Positions 37,552 to 46,226 of a stretch of DNA of 64,000 nucleotides are shown in pieces. Position numbers and translations under genes: made by a program. The DNA lies in contig JAZDFZ010000019.1 in assembly GCA_043807425.1 (NCBI GenBank), positions 27,436 through 91,435 of the forward strand, in the 5' to 3' direction. Position 1 is the first letter of the stretch, and every line of letters begins with the position of its first letter. The notes beneath the pieces were generated by a model, which was given only the letters and a program-made list of their open reading frames with translations, had not been told where the DNA came from and did not search any database. The stretch is from Actinomycetota bacterium (GTDB lineage: Bacteria > Actinomycetota > Geothermincolia > Fen-727 > Anoxymicrobiaceae).

Positions 37552-39429
37552 ATGTACGCCAACACGGGAAAGGTACTGAAGGTAGACCTCACGGCCGGCA
37601 CAACGGAGACCATCGAGCTCGACGAGGAGACGTACCGTCACTTCATCGGCGGCGCCGGCCTCGCGGCGAAGCTGCTGCTGGACCTCGGCGACCTGGAGGC
37701 CGGGGCGCTCTCACCCGAAGCCGTCCTGGTATTCGCCACCGGCCCCATGGCCATGACCGGGATGCACGGCACCAGCAGGTTCTCCGCGGGCGCGCGCTCG
37801 CCCCTGACGGGCATATGGGGGCAGTCATCCTGCGGCGGCAACTTCGGCCCGGAGCTCAAGAGGTGCGGGTTCGACGCGGTGGTACTGCAGGGACGGGCCG
37901 CGCAGCCGGTCTACCTGATGATCACGGAATGGACCGCCGCGCTGCTCCCGGCCTGGAGGTTGTGGGGCATGGATACCTACGAGACGACCGGGTTCCTGAA
38001 GAAGAGGCACGGCCGCCGCTACAAGGTCCTGGCCATCGGTCCGGCCTCGGAAAACGGGGTCCCGTACGGCAGCATCACCAACGACTGCGCGCACCACTTC
38101 GGCCGCGCGGGGATGGGCACCGTTATGGGCTCCAAGAACCTCAAGGCGATAGTCGCAAGCGGCGGCGGCAGGCCGGAGCTCGCCGATCCCGAGGGGTTCC
38201 GGGAGCTCTGGGACGGTACGCTGCGCCCGCGCATCGAGGAGAGCATCTTCTGCCGGACCATCCAGGCGTTCGGCACCGCCGCCAACATGGAGATGAAGAT
38301 GATGGAAGGCGATGTCCCGACCAGGAACTGGTCGCTGGGGACCTGGATGGAAGCCCCCCGGACCCTGAGCGGCATCGCCATGGCCGACACCATCCGGACC
38401 GGAACGCGGGGGTGTCGAGGCTGCGCGGTAAAGTGCAAGCCCGTGGTCAGGGTCGATGAGGGGCGCTATCGCATGCCTGAGACGCCCGGGCCCGAGTACG
38501 AGACCATCGCCGCCTTCGGCACCATGCTCATGAACCCGAGCCTCGAGGCAGTCGCCGTCGCCAACGACCTGTGCAACCGCCTGGGCATGGACACCATGAC
38601 CTGCGGCTCTTCAATCGCCTGGGCCATGGACTGCTACGAGGCCGGCATCCTCAGGTCCGAGGACTACGAGGGCGCGAAGCTCGAGTGGGGCGGGATAGAC
38701 GAGGTGCTGGAGCTGCTACCGAGGATCGCCACCCGGGAAGGGAAGCTCGCCCGGCTCCTGGCGATGGGGTCCAGGGCGGCGGCGGCCGAGGTCGGCGGGG
38801 GCAGCGAGCGCTTCCTCACCGACAGTAAGGGCCTGGAGGCCCCGATGCACGACCCGCGCTGCAACTGGGGGGACGGGCTCGCCTACGCCGTCTCGGTGCG
38901 CGGTGCCTGCCACGTCTCCAACCTGATGTTCCTGCTCGAGTGGGGAGCGGTGGAGTACCCGGAGCTGGGGCTGGATATGATCCTGAAGGAGCAGTCCACC
39001 GAGCACAAGGCGCTGGGGACGGCGGTCACCAGCGACCTGGGGGCGATATTCAACTCGGCGTGCTGGTGTGAGTTCCCGGCGACCGCCTTGACAGTCCCCC
39101 AGTTGGTGGAGGCGTTCAACACGGTGGCGGGATACGGCTACGACATCGAGACCATGATGGAGGCGGGAGCGCGCATCTGGCACCTTCAGCGCTGCCTCGG
39201 CTTCCACTGGGGCGCCACGGGAGAGGACGACCGGCTCGGCGAGAGGATAATGACCCCGACCGGGGACGGCATGATAGCCGGCTCGGTGCCCGACATGGGG
39301 ACCATGCTCCGCGAGTTCTACGAGCTGAGGGGCCTGCGGCCCGACGGGCGTCCGACGGCTGAAACGCTGGAGAGGTTCGGCCTGGAGTCGGTCGCCGGGC
39401 TGATGCTCGATGGTGCGCGGGGTTCCTGA
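37552..39429 (+). CDS. aor: Aldehyde:ferredoxin oxidoreductase family (W/Mo-pterin)
   Basis: RSPLTG, IGPASEN, GRAGMGTVMGSKNLKAI, CRGCAVKC, GPEYET, CNRLGMDT, RGACH. Confidence 0.93.
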   Translation: MYANTGKVLKVDLTAGTTETIELDEETYRHFIGGAGLAAKLLLDLGDLEAGALSPEAVLVFATGPMAMTGMHGTSRFSAGARSPLTGIWGQSSCGGNFGPELKRCGFDAVVLQGRAAQPVYLMITEWTAALLPAWRLWGMDTYETTGFLKKRHGRRYKVLAIGPASENGVPYGSITNDCAHHFGRAGMGTVMGSKNLKAIVASGGGRPELADPEGFRELWDGTLRPRIEESIFCRTIQAFGTAANMEMKMMEGDVPTRNWSLGTWMEAPRTLSGIAMADTIRTGTRGCRGCAVKCKPVVRVDEGRYRMPETPGPEYETIAAFGTMLMNPSLEAVAVANDLCNRLGMDTMTCGSSIAWAMDCYEAGILRSEDYEGAKLEWGGIDEVLELLPRIATREGKLARLLAMGSRAAAAEVGGGSERFLTDSKGLEAPMHDPRCNWGDGLAYAVSVRGACHVSNLMFLLEWGAVEYPELGLDMILKEQSTEHKALGTAVTSDLGAIFNSACWCEFPATALTVPQLVEAFNTVAGYGYDIETMMEAGARIWHLQRCLGFHWGATGEDDRLGERIMTPTGDGMIAGSVPDMGTMLREFYELRGLRPDGRPTAETLERFGLESVAGLMLDGARGS

Positions 39430-39432
39430 GCC

Positions 39433-39711
39433 ATGACGGTCACAACCCTGTTCACGGGCGTGTTCGGCGTCTATATGGGCGAGCGGGAAGCGGTCTTCGA
39501 GGTCGCCGACGGTTCCACCGCGGGAGACTTGCTCAACCGCCTGGGCCGGGAGCGCTGCTCGCGCCTGCCCTCCGGCTTATGGGACGCGGAAAACGGCCGC
39601 TTTCACAGGAGCATAAGGCTGGCCCGATGCGGCGGGCCGGTGCTTGCAGGGTCGGAGGCGCTGCGCGACGGCGAGGAGCTGCTGGTGATCTTCCCCCTGG
39701 CCGGGGGATAG
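39433..39711 (+). CDS. MoaD/ThiS sulfur-carrier family protein
   Basis: LRDGEELLVIFPLAGG C-terminal GG; 3 nt after aor. Confidence 0.85.
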   Translation: MTVTTLFTGVFGVYMGEREAVFEVADGSTAGDLLNRLGRERCSRLPSGLWDAENGRFHRSIRLARCGGPVLAGSEALRDGEELLVIFPLAGG

Positions 39712-39716
39712 AGAAA

Positions 39717-39823
39717 CCCCCTCACCCCGACCCTCTCCCCCCAGGGGAGAGGGAGGAATGTGGCTTGGGGGCGGACTTCAGTCCGCCGTCGAACGCGCTA
39801 CCGGGACTGAAGTCCCGGCCCAA
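39717..39823. repeat. Family B element plus reverse family A doublet between convergent genes
   Basis: CCCCCTCACCCCGACCCTCTCCCCCCAGGGGAGAGGG; GGCGGACTTCAGTCCGCC; CCGGGACTGAAGTCCCGG. Confidence 0.88.
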
Positions 39824-39835
39824 TCTTCGAAAGAC

Positions 39836-41626
39836 CTACTTGTAGGAAGCCTCGATCTGGTCCTGGAACCCCTCGACCACCGCCCTGCGCTTCAGCTTCA
39901 GGGTCTGGGTGAGCATCCCGTTCTCGAGCGTGAAGTCCTCGGCAAGGAAGACGTACTTCTTGGGGATCTCGTAGCTGCCGTAGGACCCCTTGAGCGCATC
40001 CTTTATCAGGTCCGAGATCATCTGCTGGACCTTCTCGTTGGCGACCAGCGCCGCGGGCTCCTTGGGCAGGCCCTCCTTCTCGGCGTACTTGGCCAGCACC
40101 TCGAAGTCGGGCACGACCAGGCAGATGTTGTACTCCTTGTTCTCACCGTAGATCATGGCGTTGGCGACCATGGGGATTAGCTTGATCTCCTCCTCGATGG
40201 AGCTCGGGAAGACGTACTTGCCGTTGAGTAGCTTGTACTGCTCCTTGATCCTCCCGGTCACCTTGAGGAAGCCGTCCTCGTCCAGCTTGCCCCGGTCGCC
40301 GGTCCGGAAGCCGCCGTCCGGTGTCATCACCTCGGCGGTCGCATCGGGCTTGTTGTGGTAGCCCTTCATCACATTGGGCCCGTAGACGATTATCTCGCCG
40401 TCGTCGGCGCTCCCCTCGACCACCGAGGAATCGATGACGATCCTGACGTTGGGGATGGCCGATCCGACGGTGCCAATCTTGTTCTTCGCCGGGCGGTTCA
40501 TGGTCGCCGCGGGGGAGGTCTCGGTAAGGCCGTAACAGTCGTAGGTCGGGATGCCCAGGTCGGAGAAGAAGAGGGCAATCTCGGGGTTCATCATCGCGCT
40601 GCCGGTGATGGCGCCCTTGAGCTTGCCGCCGAACCGGGCCCTTATCTTCTTGAAGACGATGGCGTCGGCGATCTTGTACTTCAGGTCGACCATCAAGCTG
40701 GACTTGCCCTGGGCCGCCATCTCGCGCTTCTGCTTGGCCGACTCGACCCCCATCACGAACAGCTTGCGGGGCAGGCCGCCCTCCTCGTCCATCTTCGCCC
40801 ACAGCCCGTCGTAGACCCTGTTGAAGATGCGCGGGACCGCGATGAGGAACGTCGGCTGCGCCTTGCCCAGGTCCTCCACGATGGTCTGGACGCTGCCCAT
40901 GAACGCCACGGAGCCCCCGATGTGTATGAAGTTGTAGACATCGGCGGTCTGGCCGTAGGAGTGAGCCCAGGGAAGGATGGAGAGGCTGCGGTCGCCGGGA
41001 CCCAGGTCCGGGAAGCAGCTGCCGGCGTCTATCGTGTTCGAGGTGAAGTTGCCGTGGGAGAGCAGGACGCCCTTGGGCTCGCCGGTGGTCCCCGATGTGT
41101 AGATAAGGACCGCGATGTCCTCCGGGTCCGGCTTCACCGACGGCACGGGCTTCTCGCGGCCGAGCTCCTCCAGCGCCGCCAGGGTGTCCGGGCCCTCCGC
41201 GTCGATCACGTAGATCTGCTCCAGGCAGGTCACGTCCGCCTTGAAGGTCTCCACCTTCTCCAGTATCTCCGGCTTGGAGATGAACAGCACCTTTATTCCG
41301 CTGTCGGAGACAATGTACTTCCAGGTGCTGGTCAGCTCGGCCTCGTACATCGGGATGAACCGGCAACCCAGGCCGAGCGTGGCGAAGGCGATCACGACCC
41401 ACTCGTTCCTGTTGTTCGCGATGAGCCCCACGCAGTCACCCTTGCCGATGCCCCTGGCGGCCATGCCGGCGCGGAGGTCGTCAACCCTGCGGCCGATGTC
41501 GCTGTAGGTGACCCACTCGTACTCACCCGCGGCGTTCTTGGTCCCGAAAAGCTTGTTCGGGCCGTGCTTAGCGACGCTCTGCTCGAACATGTCGACGAGG
41601 TTGGTGGGCCTGTCTTTCTGTGCCAT
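39836..41626 (-). CDS. Long-chain fatty-acid--CoA ligase
   Basis: YTSGTTGEPKG, YGLTETSP, FRTGD, GRIKE, LTQTLKLKR. Confidence 0.93.
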   Translation of the reverse strand: MAQKDRPTNLVDMFEQSVAKHGPNKLFGTKNAAGEYEWVTYSDIGRRVDDLRAGMAARGIGKGDCVGLIANNRNEWVVIAFATLGLGCRFIPMYEAELTSTWKYIVSDSGIKVLFISKPEILEKVETFKADVTCLEQIYVIDAEGPDTLAALEELGREKPVPSVKPDPEDIAVLIYTSGTTGEPKGVLLSHGNFTSNTIDAGSCFPDLGPGDRSLSILPWAHSYGQTADVYNFIHIGGSVAFMGSVQTIVEDLGKAQPTFLIAVPRIFNRVYDGLWAKMDEEGGLPRKLFVMGVESAKQKREMAAQGKSSLMVDLKYKIADAIVFKKIRARFGGKLKGAITGSAMMNPEIALFFSDLGIPTYDCYGLTETSPAATMNRPAKNKIGTVGSAIPNVRIVIDSSVVEGSADDGEIIVYGPNVMKGYHNKPDATAEVMTPDGGFRTGDRGKLDEDGFLKVTGRIKEQYKLLNGKYVFPSSIEEEIKLIPMVANAMIYGENKEYNICLVVPDFEVLAKYAEKEGLPKEPAALVANEKVQQMISDLIKDALKGSYGSYEIPKKYVFLAEDFTLENGMLTQTLKLKRRAVVEGFQDQIEASYK

Positions 41627-41766
41627 TGTCTGCCTCCCCATACCGGCGTGAATACTCCTCCCGGCATGTTCCTTACAATCTTCCTGCCGGGAGCGTTCAG
41701 TATTCTATCACGCCTCGGCCCGGGAGGCAGGAGTCACTCTGATCTGGTCCGCGCGGAGCGGCACCG

Positions 41767-42990
41767 CTAGGCGTAGGCCCGCTCGCCGTGCTCGCTGATA
41801 TCCAGTCCGGCCTCTTCGGCCTCTTCGCTCACACGCAGGCCCATGGTCTTGTCGAGGATCTTCACGATGATGTAGGTCGCGACGAAGGCGAATACCGCCA
41901 CTATGCCCACGGCCGCGGCCTGGATGCCGAGCTGCCCCGGATTGCCGTAGAACAGCCCGTTCGCGCCCGCCTTGTTGACCGCTACGGTGGCGAAGAGGCC
42001 GGTCGCCAGCATCCCCCACGACCCTCCCAGGCCGTGGCAGGCGAACACGTCCAGGGACTCGTCCAGCTTCGTCTTCTGACGGTAACGTATCGCGTAGTAG
42101 CTTATCGGGGCCGCGATCGCCCCAATGATTAGCGCCGCCCAGGGTTTCACGAAACCGGCCGCGGGAGTCGCGGCCACCAGGCCCACCACCGCGCCGGTAA
42201 CTATTCCCAGCACGCTCGGCTTGTCGTCGTGCCAGCTCAGGAACATCCAGACCACCGCCGCGGCCGCGGCTGAGGTGTTGGTCGTTATCAGTGCGTTGAC
42301 CGCCAGGCCGTTGGCGGCGAAGGCCCCGCCGCCGTTGAACCCGAACCACCCGAACCAGAGCAGACCGGCCCCCAGGACGGTGAACGGGATGTTGGAGGCC
42401 TCCATCGGATTCTTGCCGTAGCCCTTGCGCTGGCCGATCACCATGGCGAACGCCAGGGCCGCGAAACCGGCGCTCATGTGCACTACCGTACCGCCGCCGA
42501 AGTCCAGGGTCCCCATGTTGCGCAGGAAGCCACCGACCCCCCAGACCCAGTGAGCCAGCGGATCGTACACCACGGTCGCCCAGACCAGGATGAATACCAG
42601 GAAGGTCTTGAACTTCACCCGTTCCACGAAGGCCCCCGTTATGAGGGCCGGGGTTATTATCGCGAACATCATCTCGTACGCCATGAAGGCCTGGTGCGGG
42701 ATGGTGGGCGCGTAGGCCGCGTTCGGCCCGTACCCCACTCCGGCGAGGCCCGCGAAGTTGAAGCCCCCCACGAGGCCGCCGAGGTTACGCCCGAAGGCGA
42801 GCGTGTAACCGATGAGGATCCACTGAATGCTCACCAGCCCGATCGTTATGAAGCTCAGGTTCAGGGTGGACAGGACGTTCTTCTTGCGGACCATCCCTCC
42901 GTAGAAGAACGCCAGGGCCGGCGTCATCATCAGCACCAGGGCGGCCGACATCAGTACCCAGGCGGTATCACCGGAATCGATATTCGCCAT
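41767..42990 (-). CDS. amt: Ammonium transporter
   Basis: GDTAW..FYGGMVRKKNVL, DFGGGTVVH, WFGWFGFN, DESLDVFACHG, GLDISEHGE. Confidence 0.96.
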   Translation of the reverse strand: MANIDSGDTAWVLMSAALVLMMTPALAFFYGGMVRKKNVLSTLNLSFITIGLVSIQWILIGYTLAFGRNLGGLVGGFNFAGLAGVGYGPNAAYAPTIPHQAFMAYEMMFAIITPALITGAFVERVKFKTFLVFILVWATVVYDPLAHWVWGVGGFLRNMGTLDFGGGTVVHMSAGFAALAFAMVIGQRKGYGKNPMEASNIPFTVLGAGLLWFGWFGFNGGGAFAANGLAVNALITTNTSAAAAAVVWMFLSWHDDKPSVLGIVTGAVVGLVAATPAAGFVKPWAALIIGAIAAPISYYAIRYRQKTKLDESLDVFACHGLGGSWGMLATGLFATVAVNKAGANGLFYGNPGQLGIQAAAVGIVAVFAFVATYIIVKILDKTMGLRVSEEAEEAGLDISEHGERAYA

Positions 42991-43041
42991 GCGCTTGCTC
43001 CTTCCGCGGTTTGTCTCCAGGCGCGAATCTACAAGTCCGAT

Positions 43042-43079
43042 GTTTCGGGGATGTTGCGTGCTTGTTTCCAGGTTGTTAA
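43042..43079 (-). promoter_or_regulatory. Tandem GlnR-type boxes: TTAAC-N6-GAAAC-N6-GCAAC-N6-GAAAC
   Basis: Four half-sites at 11-bp period upstream of amt; match the actinobacterial GlnR a/b-site consensus gTnAc-n6-GaAAc. Confidence 0.75.
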
Positions 43080-43087
43080 ATGCGCGC

Positions 43088-43170
43088 TTGGGCCGGGACT
43101 TCCTGATGATTGGGCCGGGACTTCAGTCCCGGTAAGCGAGGTCGATGGCGGACTGAAGTCCGCCCTCAAT
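43088..43170. repeat. Family A REP cluster
   Basis: TTGGGCCGGGACTTC x2 and GGCGGACTGAAGTCCGCC. Confidence 0.88.
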
Positions 43171-43180
43171 CATCAGAGCG

Positions 43181-44356
43181 TCAGTAGCGGCCGTGAGTGC
43201 GGGCGGCGCGAACCATGGCCTGCACGTTCTCCAGCCGGGCGTTTATCGGGAGCTCGCACCCCGACGACAGGATGAAGCGGCCGTTCGCTCCGACCTCGTC
43301 GATGAGGCGCGCGCAGTAGGCCTCTACCTCGGCGGGCTCGGCGTAGGCGAGCATCCCGGCGTCCACGTCCCCCATGATGACGTAGCGGTCGCCCAGCACC
43401 TCGCGCGCGCGGAAGATGTCGGTGGCCCCGTCGAACTGGAAGCACGAGTTCTCTGGCAGGGTGGTCATGATCTCCAGGTTCGCGTCCCAGTTGCCGTCGC
43501 AGTGCATGGAGAAGGAGATCCCGCGCTCGGCCAGGTAGTCGGCGATGAGCTTGACGCCGGGATAGCAGATCTCGGCGAACTGGCGCGGGGATATGAAGTC
43601 GTTGGAGGTGCGGTGCAGCATCAGCAGGAAGCGGGGGACCCGGGTGAATGTGCAGGCCATCCAGGCTATGAAGGCCATGCCGGAGGCCATCCGGAGGGCG
43701 GCCTCGCGGACCTCGTCGGGGCGCCTCTTGAGGTCGAGGGAGATGTCCGTCACGCCCCGGGCCATGCTGAAGGTGTCGAAGGGGGCCTCGAACCCGAAGC
43801 TCATGAAGAACGGCACCCCGCGCCTCCGCCAGCGTGCCATCTCGGCCAGCCACCGGCCGGCGAGTATCGCGAACGAGGGCAGGAAGCGCCGGGCCAGCAC
43901 GCCGTAGCCGGGCTCCTCGCCGTGGTTGCGGGCAACGAGCCTGACCATGAACTCCAGAAGCGGGCCCGCCGGTCCCGGGGCGTCGCTCTCGATCATCGCG
44001 CGGTAGTCGTCCTCGGCCATCAGGGTCTGCGTCTCCGGGGTCTGGAGCATCGCGGTGGGGTCCTCGGGTCCCGGGGGCATGACGGGCTTGAGCCCGGTGC
44101 CTCCGACGTAGGTCACGTTGAAGTCGGGGTAGTCCATGGATATCGGCAGCGGGTACATGGCGTCGAACGGTCCCGCCTCCCAGAAGCACGCGTCGATGGC
44201 GGAGCGGTAAGCGCTCATGCTGCTGATGAGCTCGTAGGCGCTGATCCCCGCCACGCTGGCCGCGAAGTAGTAGACAAGCGGTATGCAGGGAACCCTGTCC
44301 GGGACGCGGCCCGCCAGTACCGTCGACAGCCGCTGCTCGAAGGTCATCGTCATCAT
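43181..44356 (-). CDS. Uroporphyrinogen decarboxylase/MtaA-CmuA superfamily protein
   Basis: PDRVP, APFD..S..RG, FISP..F, MHCDG, IMGDVD, FILSSGCELP. Confidence 0.85.
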   Translation of the reverse strand: MMTMTFEQRLSTVLAGRVPDRVPCIPLVYYFAASVAGISAYELISSMSAYRSAIDACFWEAGPFDAMYPLPISMDYPDFNVTYVGGTGLKPVMPPGPEDPTAMLQTPETQTLMAEDDYRAMIESDAPGPAGPLLEFMVRLVARNHGEEPGYGVLARRFLPSFAILAGRWLAEMARWRRRGVPFFMSFGFEAPFDTFSMARGVTDISLDLKRRPDEVREAALRMASGMAFIAWMACTFTRVPRFLLMLHRTSNDFISPRQFAEICYPGVKLIADYLAERGISFSMHCDGNWDANLEIMTTLPENSCFQFDGATDIFRAREVLGDRYVIMGDVDAGMLAYAEPAEVEAYCARLIDEVGANGRFILSSGCELPINARLENVQAMVRAARTHGRY

Positions 44357-44472
44357 CGCGTTCCCCCTGTGCCTTTCGAGGTGATTCTACACCCGGGCCG
44401 CTCCCCGGGCGGCTCTTTGTACTATGATATGCCCCATATCGGGAGGTCCACGGAGCCAGCGGGGGTGATGCC

Positions 44473-44745
44473 ATGAGTAGGAAGGGCAGAAAAGAGAAGA
44501 AGAAGTGGAGGTTCTACTGGAAGAACGTCAACGGGTTGGGGCGCCTGCTGCGGATCGCCGCTGGAGCCGCGTTCCTGTATGCCGCCTCGCAGATGAAGGA
44601 CGACCAGACCACCGCGGGCGCGCTGGGGCTTTTCGGCATCTACCTCATCGTGATCGGCGGCCTGTTGCGCTGGTGCTCGCTGCGAGCCCTCCTTCACAAG
44701 CCGACCAAGAGGGCTTACCTGAAGCACTACCCGGAGGGAGCCTGA
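44473..44745 (+). CDS. DUF2892 (YgaP-like) membrane protein
   Basis: KNV...RLLRIAAG..two TMs..GLLRWC. Confidence 0.7.
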   Translation: MSRKGRKEKKKWRFYWKNVNGLGRLLRIAAGAAFLYAASQMKDDQTTAGALGLFGIYLIVIGGLLRWCSLRALLHKPTKRAYLKHYPEGA

Positions 44746-44779
44746 GGGAGGTAGTCGATCGAGTGATCTACGGGCGGGT

Positions 44780-45172
44780 CTATTTGGACCCGCCCTTCTT
44801 CTTTGCGGGCTTCCGCGGCTTCGAGGGTTTCTGAGACTTCGACGCGTGGTAGACGTAGTCGAGCGACTCCTTGAGCAGGTCGGCGTCGGCGCGGAACTCC
44901 TCGGGGTCCGCGTGGCTCACCACAACCCACTCGCGCATCTTGCGTCCCTCCATCGGCTCGAAGAGGGTGTATCCTTCGCCCTCGACCAGCTCGGCCGCCC
45001 GCTCGGCCGGCAGCTTGATGGACACCCCGTCGCCGTACACGCAGGCGAACATCTTACCGTTGACCGAGTAGGAAGGGTACCCGAACGCCTTGCGCGGCTC
45101 GACCTCGGGATCCCCGAGAAGCATGTCGTCCAGGACCTCCTTCACCCGCGCGCTGTAATCGCCCCAGGCCAT
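44780..45172 (-). CDS. TfoX/Sxy-N or MmcQ-like protein
   Basis: RKAFGYPSYSVNGKMFAC, FEPMEGRKMREWV. Confidence 0.75.
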   Translation of the reverse strand: MAWGDYSARVKEVLDDMLLGDPEVEPRKAFGYPSYSVNGKMFACVYGDGVSIKLPAERAAELVEGEGYTLFEPMEGRKMREWVVVSHADPEEFRADADLLKESLDYVYHASKSQKPSKPRKPAKKKGGSK

Positions 45173-45306
45173 CGCCCCTCCCTTATGCAAGATTACCTCT
45201 AACCAAAACTTGCACGAACCCCTTCTAAAGATAGTACTCGATTGTAAAAGAAGCGGTTTGAGGTATCCTTCACGATACTGCAGGAAACGGTTTGAGGTGT
45301 TTTTGC

Positions 45307-46161
45307 ATGAGCCTGATCAACAGGATCGACGACTTCCTCGACAGGCAGAAGCCATGGGCCGTGTTCGCGGTGTGCCTGACGGTCGTGGCCGCGGTGGGGG
45401 TAGTGGACTACTTCAGCGGTACGGAGGTCACCTCTTCACTGTTCTACGTACTGCCCATCCTGGTCGCCGCCTGGTACGTGGGCATTTTCTACGGCCTCAT
45501 CGTCTCGGTTCTCAGCGCGGCGTCCCTGGTGACAACAGACGCCATCTGGGGGTACGCAGCGGGCGACCGCCTCGTACTTGCATGGACCTACCTGGTCCCC
45601 CTCGGGTTCTTCGTCATCTTCGTCATGCTGCTCAACCGGTTGAAGTCGGCGCTCAAGCGCGAGCAGGAGTTGTCGAGGAGGGACACCCTCACGGGCCTGA
45701 ACAACCGCCGCTTCTTCTGCGCCCTGGCCGAGTTCGAGCTGGAGCGCGCCCGGCGCTACGACCACCCGTTCGGGCTCGCCTACCTCGACCTGGACAACTT
45801 CAAGCAGGTCAACGATACCTGCGGGCACGACCAGGGTGACGAGGTGTTGAAGCTCGCGTCGACGCTGATGAAGGAGAGCCTTCGCGCGAACGACATCATC
45901 GGAAGGCTGGGTGGGGACGAGTTCGCGGTGCTGCTGCCGGAGGCGGACCCCACCTCCTGCGCCCTGGTCGCCCACCGCTTGAAGGCATCGATCGTAGACG
46001 CGATGAAGGAGCGGGGCTGGCCGGTGACCGCCAGCATCGGGCTCGTGGCGTTCCTGGAAGCGCCCGTGAGCGTCGACGAGATGCTCAAGGAGGGCGACAG
46101 GCTGATGTATGCGGTCAAGCAGACCGGCAAGAACAGCATCGACATGGAGGTCGTCGGCTAG
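45307..46161 (+). CDS. Membrane-bound diguanylate cyclase (GGDEF)
   Basis: About four TMs; DTLTGLNNRR, DLDNFKQVND..GH..GD, RLGGDEF. Confidence 0.93.
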   Translation: MSLINRIDDFLDRQKPWAVFAVCLTVVAAVGVVDYFSGTEVTSSLFYVLPILVAAWYVGIFYGLIVSVLSAASLVTTDAIWGYAAGDRLVLAWTYLVPLGFFVIFVMLLNRLKSALKREQELSRRDTLTGLNNRRFFCALAEFELERARRYDHPFGLAYLDLDNFKQVNDTCGHDQGDEVLKLASTLMKESLRANDIIGRLGGDEFAVLLPEADPTSCALVAHRLKASIVDAMKERGWPVTASIGLVAFLEAPVSVDEMLKEGDRLMYAVKQTGKNSIDMEVVG

Positions 46162-46169
46162 CGGGAAAA

Positions 46170-46217
46170 CACCTCAACCATCTTTTCCCACCGCCTTGGG
46201 AAAAGATGGTTGAGGTT
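46170..46217. repeat. Hairpin ACCTCAACCATCTTTTCCCA..TGGGAAAAGATGGTTGAGGT (family D), likely bidirectional terminator
   Basis: 20-bp arms between convergent genes; shares its core with 5913-6007. Confidence 0.85.
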
Positions 46218-46226
46218 AATTCCCGG

